Shown here in pieces: positions 57,492-64,000 of a DNA stretch of 64,000 bases. The stretch comes from Clostridiales bacterium. Lineage in GTDB: Bacteria; Bacillota; Clostridia; Saccharofermentanales; Saccharofermentanaceae. The DNA is taken from positions 6,263 through 70,262 of the forward strand of contig JAFXPN010000041.1 in the NCBI GenBank assembly GCA_017527865.1. Reading direction: 5' to 3'. Position 1 is the stretch's first letter, and every line of letters starts with the position of its first letter. Below the pieces are notes generated by a model, which did no database searches, was not told the DNA's origin, and was given only the letters and a program-made list of their open reading frames with translations. The translations under genes and the position numbers were made by a program.

Positions 57492-59500
57492 ATATCGTAT
57501 TCCTCGGACACCGGAAGTGTTCCGGCCTTGAGCTTGACCAGGATCTCCTTAAGAGGCATCGGCTTGCCGAACAGATATCCCTGCAGTCTGTCGCAGCCGA
57601 CATTCCTGAGATACTCGGCTTCATCCAGAGTCTCAACGCCTTCGGTCAATGTGCTCATGCCCAGATCCTTAGCCATCGATACGACATTCTTGATGACAGC
57701 CTTGCTCTTCTTCTCCTGCTCGTAAAAGCTCGACAGGAACACCATGTCGATCTTGATAACATCGAATTCAAAATCCTTGAGGACATTGAGCGACGAATAA
57801 CCGGAACCGAAGTCATCGAGCCAGAGAGGAAATCCCAGCGCCTTCAGCCGGTCGAGATCCTTATGAAGAGATTCAAGCTTGTCAGACAGCGCGCTCTCCG
57901 TTACCTCAACATGGATCATGTCATGCGGGATATTGTAAGCGCTTGTACAGGACACGAGAAGATCCACAACATCGGTAAGTTCGAAGTCGAGCCTTGAGAA
58001 ATTGAGCGATACGGGAACGGCCGGTCTGTTGTTGTCCATGAGCCATCTTAAATCGCGGCAGACCGTATCGACCACGACCATATCGATCTTATGTACCTGA
58101 CGGTATTCTTCAAGGACCGGAATAAACTTCGGCGTAGGCAGGAAACCGTTCTGTGCATATACACTCTTATCTTCCCACTTCGACAGCGCCTCATATCCGC
58201 AGAGCTTTCTGTTCTTGGCCCAGCATACGGGCTGATAATAGACCTTTATGTCACCCCGGTCGATCGCAGCGTCGACGTTATTGACTATATACTGACGCAT
58301 CTGGAACTGCTGATCGAGGACCGCATCGTATTCACAATAATCCTGATCAAAGTGCTTCTTGATCGTGTTGCATGCATAACGGGCTCTGTCACAGGCGATC
58401 GACGGATTCTCGTCGCGGCTCGTAACCTTGTATCCGCCGGCCTTAAGTCCCGTCTGTGTATCAAATTCAAATTCGTAGATATACGAACGGAGATTGGCAA
58501 GTCTCTTCTCAAGATCCTCTTTATCACAAAGTATTACAAAGTGATCGTCGCCCTGACGGCCTACGAGCCCGTCGTAGAATTCATCTATCACCTGACCTGC
58601 AAACTTCCTTATGAATGCATTTCCGGCTTCAAAACCGTACTTCTCGTTGATGGGACTGAAATTCTCGACATCAAGATATATAAACATCTGACGCAGGTAA
58701 TGCGTCTCCTTATCCTGTAATATCTCGGACGCCCTCCTTATGAAGAAACTCATATTGGCAGCGCCCGTGAGATCATCCATTAAAGCGGTCTCCTCGATGT
58801 GCTTATATGTGGATACAAGGGATTCATCCTTCTCGGCTTCCATCTTCTTCTGGCTGTACGAGCTGATGCCCGTCACGATGATGGACACGCCCGCAATGAC
58901 ATATCCGATGATGAAGTCAAGCTCGGGTCTCCTGTCCGATCCGATCAGCATGGCAAGATAAAGGATCACGAATGTTCCGACTACCATCGAGATCGATATG
59001 AACGGACGCCACGCGAGCATACATATAACTATGAGTTCCATGGAGATGAATGTCATTATTATTCCGCTGTTGTTGTACTCGAACAGGGAAGTAAACAGTC
59101 CGAACACGAGACAGACGATAGAGAACAATATGATGGTGGTATAAGAAAGCTGCGCCAGGCTGTTGCTCTTCTTCCTCAGAAGATCACGCCGCGCATAAGC
59201 CATGGACAATATGCACGCAAGGCTTACGGCGACAAAGAGCAGTATCTGCGGAACGATATCCGCGCCCGCTTCCCTGCCTCCGTTAAGATAATCCAGGATC
59301 TGCTTTACTATGGTAATAACATTTATAAAAAAAACGACAGGCGCCATGTAGACCACGGCCTGCGTGTTGGAGTTCACCACATAGTTCTTTACGGATTCAC
59401 TCTGCTCTCCGAGACCCAGCCAACCCGCGAGCCTTTCCTTAAAGGACCCGTAAGTCTTAGCCGTTTCATGGTTCAGGTTGTTGCCTGCTTCTCGTCCCAA
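57488..59500 (-). CDS. Membrane-anchored degenerate-GGDEF / EAL c-di-GMP phosphodiesterase
   Basis: About 6 N-terminal TM helices. The GGDEF-fold domain has its motif changed to GDDHF (VGRQGDDHFVILC). The EAL domain keeps its catalytic motifs (HVEVTES, SLNFS, WLDDFGSGYSSL, KIDMVF, EGVET, QGYLFGKP). The start is uncertain: a TTG at 59500 overlaps nrdG by 28 nt, and in-frame GTG or ATG codons lie further in. Confidence 0.8.
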   Translation of the reverse strand: MGREAGNNLNHETAKTYGSFKERLAGWLGLGEQSESVKNYVVNSNTQAVVYMAPVVFFINVITIVKQILDYLNGGREAGADIVPQILLFVAVSLACILSMAYARRDLLRKKSNSLAQLSYTTIILFSIVCLVFGLFTSLFEYNNSGIIMTFISMELIVICMLAWRPFISISMVVGTFVILYLAMLIGSDRRPELDFIIGYVIAGVSIIVTGISSYSQKKMEAEKDESLVSTYKHIEETALMDDLTGAANMSFFIRRASEILQDKETHYLRQMFIYLDVENFSPINEKYGFEAGNAFIRKFAGQVIDEFYDGLVGRQGDDHFVILCDKEDLEKRLANLRSYIYEFEFDTQTGLKAGGYKVTSRDENPSIACDRARYACNTIKKHFDQDYCEYDAVLDQQFQMRQYIVNNVDAAIDRGDIKVYYQPVCWAKNRKLCGYEALSKWEDKSVYAQNGFLPTPKFIPVLEEYRQVHKIDMVVVDTVCRDLRWLMDNNRPAVPVSLNFSRLDFELTDVVDLLVSCTSAYNIPHDMIHVEVTESALSDKLESLHKDLDRLKALGFPLWLDDFGSGYSSLNVLKDFEFDVIKIDMVFLSSFYEQEKKSKAVIKNVVSMAKDLGMSTLTEGVETLDEAEYLRNVGCDRLQGYLFGKPMPLKEILVKLKAGTLPVSEEYDI

Positions 59501-60012
59501 AGTACCGGTTCGCCCTTCTGTCGCGTTTTTACCATATCTATTATACGCTGATTTGACGATCCGCGGTACACCAAACTTATATCCTTCAGGGACAGGATAA
59601 ACCTTCCGTCGACCAGCACATCGGTCATTCCGAGTATCTCATCCGTAGCCTCGCACCTCGGGTGCGATCCTTCGGCCAGAAGCTCTTTGTCGTAATAAAA
59701 ACCCGTGAATATCCAAAGATCCTTGCCCGGAAATCTCCTCTTGTACTCCTTAAGGAACGGAAGCAGCGCGCGCTGATTGGATGGTTCGAACGGCTCGCCG
59801 CCCAGCACCGTAAGACCCGTAATATACTCGTGATCCAGGAGTCCGAAAAGCTTGTCTTCGGTTTCCTTCGTAAACTCCTGCCCGTGGCAGAAATCCCATG
59901 TATCGGGGTTAAAGCATCCCTCACACCGGTTCGTGCATCCGGAAACGAAGAGGGTGACGCGCACCCCCGTTCCGTTTGCTATATCGCAGTCTTTTATCGC
60001 GCTGTAGTACAT
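59473..60012 (-). CDS. nrdG: Anaerobic ribonucleoside-triphosphate reductase activating protein (radical SAM)
   Basis: 179 aa. It has DCDIANGTGVRVTLFVSGCTNRCEGCFN, which contains the CxxxCxxC motif, and GLTVLGGEP. Confidence 0.9.
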   Translation of the reverse strand: MYYSAIKDCDIANGTGVRVTLFVSGCTNRCEGCFNPDTWDFCHGQEFTKETEDKLFGLLDHEYITGLTVLGGEPFEPSNQRALLPFLKEYKRRFPGKDLWIFTGFYYDKELLAEGSHPRCEATDEILGMTDVLVDGRFILSLKDISLVYRGSSNQRIIDMVKTRQKGEPVLWDEKQATT

Positions 60013-60048
60013 ATGCTTTTCGAAAAGGCTGTCCTCGGCCGCCTCTTG

Positions 60049-62232
60049 TCAGAGGTGCATAACACGCTCCTTTATCTCCTGTGTCCTGCCCTGGTTCCAG
60101 AACTGAGTGCCGATATAGCCGCATGTCCTTCTTGCCACATTGAGCTTATTCTCATCGTCATTGCCGCAGTTGGGGCATACCCAGACGAGCTTATGATCCC
60201 TCTCTTCGATCTGGATCTCGCCGTCAAATCCGCATACCTGACAATAATCCGACTTGGTATTAAGCTCGGCATACATGATGTTGTCGTAGATGAACTTCAT
60301 GACATCCATGACGGCATCGATATTCTGCTGCATGTTGGGAACCTCGATATAAGAGATGGCTCCGCCCGGTGAAAGTCTCTGGAACTTGCTCTCGAGCTTA
60401 AGCTTCTCAAATGCGTTGATCTTCTCCGTTACATGGATGTGATAGCTGTTCGTGATATAGTTCTTGTCCGTAACGCCCTTGATAATGCCGAATCTTCTCT
60501 GAAGAGCCTTGGCAAACTTGTAAGTCGTGGACTCGAGCGGTGTTCCGTAGATCGAGTAGTCGATATTCTCGGCTGCCTTCCACTTGGCGCATGCCGCGTT
60601 AAGGGTCTCCATAACCTTAAGGCCGAATGCCTCGCCCTCGGGCTCGGTGAGCTTCTTGCCGGTAACTTCATATACACACTCCCACAGGCCGGCATAGCCG
60701 AGTGAGATCGTGGAATATCCGCCATAGAGGAGCTTGGTGATAGGCTCGCCCTTCTGAAGCCTTGCCAGTGCACCGTGCTGCCAGAGGATAGGAGCTGCAT
60801 CGGACAATGTTCCCGCAAGTCTGTCATGTCTGCATCTTAAAGCGCGGTGGCAAAGCTCAAGGCGCTCATCGAGTATCTTCCAGAACTTGTCTTCATCTCT
60901 GGACTCACAGCATGCGGAGCAGGCTACATCAACGAGGTTGATGGTAACAACGCCCTGGTTAAATCTGCCGTAGTACTTAGGCTTGCCTTCTTCATCCACA
61001 TATGGGGTAAGGAACGATCTGCAGCCCATGCATGTGTAGCAGTTGCCGTTGCCGTTCTTATCGACCTTGAGCTGGAGCATGACCTTCTCGGAGATATAGT
61101 CGGGAACCATTCTCTTGGCCGTGCACTTGGCAGCGAGTCTTGTGAGCTCATAGTAAGGGGAATCCTCACGGATATTGTCTTCCTCGAGAACATAGATGAG
61201 CTTGGGGAATGCAGGTGTGATGTAAACGCCTGCCTCATTCTTAACGCCCTGTATCCTCTGCTTCAGCACTTCCTCGATGATCATGGCAAGGTCGGCCTTG
61301 AGCTGGGGATCCTTGGCTTCGTTAAGATACATGAAGACGGTTACAAACGGAGCCTGGCCGTTTGTGGTAAGGAGTGTGACAACCTGATACTGAATGGTCT
61401 GAACACCCCTCTCGATCTCTTCATGGAGTCTTTCTTCAACAATGCGCTCCTTCTTATCCTCAGAAGGGGTTATGCCCAATTCCTCGAACTCCCGCTCTAC
61501 CTTCTTTCTGATCTTCTCTCTGGAGATCTGTACGAACGGAGCGAGGTGTGTCAGCGAGATGGACTGACCGCCGTACTGGTTGGACGCAACCTGCGCGATG
61601 ATCTGTGTGGCGATATTGCATGCCGTTGAGAAGCTGTGGGGCTTCTCGATCATCGTTCCGGAGATTACCGTACCGTTCTGGAGCATATCCTCGAGATTGA
61701 CGAGGTCACAGTTGTGCATATGCTGTGCAAAATAATCACTGTCATGGAAATGGATAATGCCCTGCTGATGAGCTTCCACGATATCCTGAGGAAGGAGGAG
61801 TCTCTGAGTGATGTCCTTACTGACCTCACCTGCCATGTAGTCTCTCTGGACACTGTTGACCGTAGGATTCTTATTTGAATTCTCCTGCTTCAATTCCTCG
61901 TTATTGCACTCGATAAGGGTAAGGATGGATGCATCCGTCGTGTTGGACTGACGGATAAGGCTTCTGGTATAGCGGTAGGTAACATAGAGCTTCGCGACCT
62001 CGTACGCACCGTGAGCCATGATCTGCTTCTCAACAAGGTCCTGGATCTCCTCAACGGAAAGTGCGCGGTTCATCGTCTCACATTCATTCGTGACGCGCTC
62101 CGCGATCCTGATGATCTGCTTAGGCGTCATGCGGTCCGGCTCTTTTGCCGCCTCGTTCGCCTTGGTGATGGCGTTGATGATCTTGGAGATATCGAACTCT
62201 ACTTCCTGTTTGTTGCGCTTGATGATCTTCAT
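60049..62232 (-). CDS. nrdD: Anaerobic ribonucleoside-triphosphate reductase
   Basis: 727 aa. It has an N-terminal ATP-cone (MKIIKRNKQEVEFDISKI), a C-terminal Zn site (CQVCG...CPNCG) and the glycyl-radical motif (RRTCGYIG). Confidence 0.95.
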   Translation of the reverse strand: MKIIKRNKQEVEFDISKIINAITKANEAAKEPDRMTPKQIIRIAERVTNECETMNRALSVEEIQDLVEKQIMAHGAYEVAKLYVTYRYTRSLIRQSNTTDASILTLIECNNEELKQENSNKNPTVNSVQRDYMAGEVSKDITQRLLLPQDIVEAHQQGIIHFHDSDYFAQHMHNCDLVNLEDMLQNGTVISGTMIEKPHSFSTACNIATQIIAQVASNQYGGQSISLTHLAPFVQISREKIRKKVEREFEELGITPSEDKKERIVEERLHEEIERGVQTIQYQVVTLLTTNGQAPFVTVFMYLNEAKDPQLKADLAMIIEEVLKQRIQGVKNEAGVYITPAFPKLIYVLEEDNIREDSPYYELTRLAAKCTAKRMVPDYISEKVMLQLKVDKNGNGNCYTCMGCRSFLTPYVDEEGKPKYYGRFNQGVVTINLVDVACSACCESRDEDKFWKILDERLELCHRALRCRHDRLAGTLSDAAPILWQHGALARLQKGEPITKLLYGGYSTISLGYAGLWECVYEVTGKKLTEPEGEAFGLKVMETLNAACAKWKAAENIDYSIYGTPLESTTYKFAKALQRRFGIIKGVTDKNYITNSYHIHVTEKINAFEKLKLESKFQRLSPGGAISYIEVPNMQQNIDAVMDVMKFIYDNIMYAELNTKSDYCQVCGFDGEIQIEERDHKLVWVCPNCGNDDENKLNVARRTCGYIGTQFWNQGRTQEIKERVMHL

Positions 62233-62275
62233 TTGTGCACCCTGCCCTTTAAGTTTATCGTGATAAGCCCGATCA

Positions 62276-62333
62276 TTGTAACAATGTTACAAAACTTTGT
62301 TAACCGCTTTCCTGAAATGTAATATTACATTTC
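62276..62333. promoter_or_regulatory. Two perfect palindromes in the predicted nrdD leader
   Basis: TTGTAACA-A-TGTTACAA lies at 62276-62292 (17 bp) and GAAATGTAATATTACATTTC at 62314-62333 (20 bp). Both share TGTAA...TTACA half-sites. The first overlaps an alternative TTAACA-17-TACAAT promoter on the minus strand. Confidence 0.5.
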
Positions 62334-62367
62334 TAACGAATTTTTGATCGTTCTCTATTGCTCACTC

Positions 62368-62418
62368 ATTCTACCTATATGTTGTGGTCAGGTCAATAAC
62401 AAACACAATATATTGTGT
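62368..62418 (-). promoter_or_regulatory. nrdD promoter (TTGACC-17-TAGAAT) with two NrdR boxes
   Basis: ACACAATATATTGTGT at 62403-62418 is a perfect 16-bp palindrome matching the NrdR-box consensus. A second, degenerate box, CTACCTATATGTTGTG at 62371-62386, has its centre 32 bp away. On the minus strand, -35 TTGACC is at 62391-62396 and -10 TAGAAT at 62368-62373, so box 1 fills the spacer. Confidence 0.7.
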
Positions 62419-62530
62419 TACATTTTCGATACACCTTGTCAGACCGCCCGCAAACTCAATAAATATCGGCATTCCGGAAACCCGGGGGCGAAGATCCGAT
62501 GTCGTCTTTACGGCTTGCCGCAAGACTGCG

Positions 62531-62650
62531 AAGTTCCTTGTTAAGTTCCTGATTATCCGCAATAATCAGGAACACCATCAGGAAATACGGCAAAAGTTCC
62601 TGACAGCGGTCCTTACTTTAACCGATTGTCAGGAACTCAATCAGGAACTT
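62531..62650. repeat. Array of seven copies of the 8-10-mer AAGTTCCTGA in both orientations
   Basis: Forward copies are at 62531 (AAGTTCCTt), 62543 (AAGTTCCTGA) and 62594 (AAGTTCCTGA). Reverse copies are at 62566 (TCAGGAAC), 62578 (TCAGGAAa), 62629 (TCAGGAACT) and 62641 (TCAGGAACTT). Three doublets each have 12-bp phasing. Two long inverted repeats result: 62545-62556 with 62562-62573 (12 bp), and 62595-62605 with 62627-62637 (11 bp). Confidence 0.8.
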
Positions 62651-62773
62651 CCCGGAATTCTGCAACGGCCTCTTCAAAAAAGACAAAACTGAAGAGACAT
62701 GTGAAGAATTCAGGTGGACGTATCAGCAATCAGAGCGCACTGTCCGCGGCCAAGCACAGGCTTTGCGGGCAGC

Positions 62774-64000
62774 TCAGGAGAGATAATCCCACCCCTGTTT
62801 CTTAAAATAATCCTTGGCGAATGGCGCTTCCGACAACAGAGAAAAGTCAACGGTCTTTACTGCGCCGAGGTGAGGCTTTAAGGCGGCAAGGATGCCTGCA
62901 AAGACCGAACTCTGCTTCTCCTTGGGTGCATCTGCCACAACAAGATAGCTTATCCTGCCGCTTCTCATGATATACATAAGGCCGGCCTTGCGGATGTCGC
63001 GGTCGCTCATTGCGTAATTAACCAGCGCGCCTCTGACCATATCGGTTTCCTGACCCGGACGCGGCGGTCCGACGACCACCTTGGAGGCATCTGCAACATT
63101 TTCTTTAATGACACGTTTGCCCGATGCCGCATCCGAAGCGGCCTTATCCGCAGCAGCAGCCACAGCGGCAGCATGCTTGGCGGGAAGGCCCACAGATACG
63201 GGCCCTGCCGGATTAAAGGCCAGATCAAAGCCGTCCCTCTCGACAAACTTTGCAGCATCTTTGAATCCCATTACCGTCACAGCAGGCTTTGTATCTGCCG
63301 AGAGTCCTTTTCTCCAGAGCATGAAAGCCTGTATATCCGTAAACAGGGGCAATACCCTGGTATTCGGATCGTCCTTCTTGGGCATCAGTATCAGCTCGAG
63401 CTTCTTCTTTCCGTTCACTTCCTCCGGCTTTCCGTTCTTAGGAGCTACTATGGGAACAAGGAATCTTCCGTTAACGATATTGTTCATCAGATGATTGAAG
63501 AAATCCTTATCCTTATTGTACTTCGCGAAATTAAACATCAGACCCGACAGCGACGGGTTCTCGACGGAGATCTTTCCGTTCTGATCTTTTACCGGAGGCC
63601 TTACGCTCGTGACGACCGAGAACTTCGGCACCGCATTGTCCGCATTAAGTCCCAGCGCCTTATAGTCAACAGCTATCTTGATCCTGCATTTTGTCTGCGA
63701 TGCTTCATCAGAAGGCTCGTATACCTGCCCGTTAAATCTCTCGACCGAGAGCACCCTGGATCCCACGGCCCTGCCGTCATTTCTGTAAAGGAACACGGAA
63801 TCATCCTTCTTGCATGTTCCGTAGACGGTACCTGTGACAGCAGCGCTCATACTGTCCTCATCACATTCGGCCTCTTCCGCCATGATGAAATATCTTCTGC
63901 CTTCGTTCGGAAGGCTCTTCTTGAGCTGCTCGATCTTTTCCAGCCGTTCCTGACGCTCGATCGCCTCCTGCCTTAACTTCTCGGCTTTAAGCTGATCTTC
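62774..64000 (-). CDS. SseB-like two-domain protein preceded by an EF-Tu-domain-2-like beta-barrel; N-terminus lies beyond the window
   Basis: The frame stays open from 63883 to the window edge (EDQLKAEKLRQEAIERQERLEKIEQLKKSLPNEGRRYFIM...). The Met at 63883 sits inside a YFIM...VTGTVYGTCKKDDSVFL segment that resembles the start of translation-factor domain 2. SseB-like strings are FLVPIVAP...LPLFTDIQAFMLW and a C-terminal YLVVADAP segment. Confidence 0.5.
   Translation of the reverse strand, partial: EDQLKAEKLRQEAIERQERLEKIEQLKKSLPNEGRRYFIMAEEAECDEDSMSAAVTGTVYGTCKKDDSVFLYRNDGRAVGSRVLSVERFNGQVYEPSDEASQTKCRIKIAVDYKALGLNADNAVPKFSVVTSVRPPVKDQNGKISVENPSLSGLMFNFAKYNKDKDFFNHLMNNIVNGRFLVPIVAPKNGKPEEVNGKKKLELILMPKKDDPNTRVLPLFTDIQAFMLWRKGLSADTKPAVTVMGFKDAAKFVERDGFDLAFNPAGPVSVGLPAKHAAAVAAAADKAASDAASGKRVIKENVADASKVVVGPPRPGQETDMVRGALVNYAMSDRDIRKAGLMYIMRSGRISYLVVADAPKEKQSSVFAGILAALKPHLGAVKTVDFSLLSEAPFAKDYFKKQGWDYLS

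Noticed and set aside
62471-62658. A 7-bp inverted repeat, ATTCCGG at 62471-62477 and CCGGAAT at 62652-62658, flanking the 10-mer array, considered as terminal inverted repeats of a small mobile element.
   Set aside because: Seven bp is within chance expectation for a 540-bp region. There are no target-site duplications and no transposase.
62384-62692. A 102-aa plus-strand ORF and a 63-aa minus-strand ORF (62371-62562) crossing the nrdD upstream region.
   Set aside because: Neither has an RBS. Their sequences are dominated by translation of the AAGTTCCTGA repeats and the NrdR boxes. They run through promoter and operator elements.

Overview
This 64 kb window is a densely coding chromosomal segment with about 53 protein genes. 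I could not recognise any rRNA, tRNA, CRISPR array, transposase, integrase or prophage block. From gene content I infer an anaerobic, plant-fibre-degrading Firmicute (Clostridia, Lachnospiraceae-like): buk/pta, a Na+-pumping biotin decarboxylase, anaerobic RNR nrdDG, GH3/GH9/GH43/GH36 enzymes and an ECF S-component.

Layout:
- 1-10.7 kb, all on the minus strand: split oxaloacetate-type Na+ decarboxylase, buk-pta, a PAQR protein, a domain-permuted GH3 and a DEAD-box helicase.
- 10.8-12.6 kb: a fused deoB-deoC gene.
- 13.3-19.8 kb: a PAS-GGDEF gene and a six-gene operon of a response regulator, ABC-2 transporter and histidine kinase, led by a saccharopine-dehydrogenase-like gene.
- 19.9-26.5 kb: uracil/xanthine permease, trmL, Na/Pi-PhoU and trkHA.
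- 26.6-46.4 kb: a carbohydrate block with an SH3-CAP protein, MATE, lipoprotein GH9, GH43, GH36, a GPH symporter carrying a large extracytoplasmic insertion, a GT28-like protein, TetR, a hybrid kinase, LacI and galKT.
- 46.5-57.5 kb: mixed housekeeping and unknown genes.
- 57.5-62.2 kb: nrdD-nrdG chained to a degenerate-GGDEF/EAL protein.
- 62.2-62.8 kb: a 540-bp non-coding region with NrdR boxes, two perfect palindromes and a seven-copy 10-mer array.

The most interesting candidates are the TetR / GT28-like / insertion-bearing GPH module, the AAGTTCCTGA repeat array, and the nrdDG-EAL coupling. All functional calls rest on motif recognition by eye, because no database search was possible.
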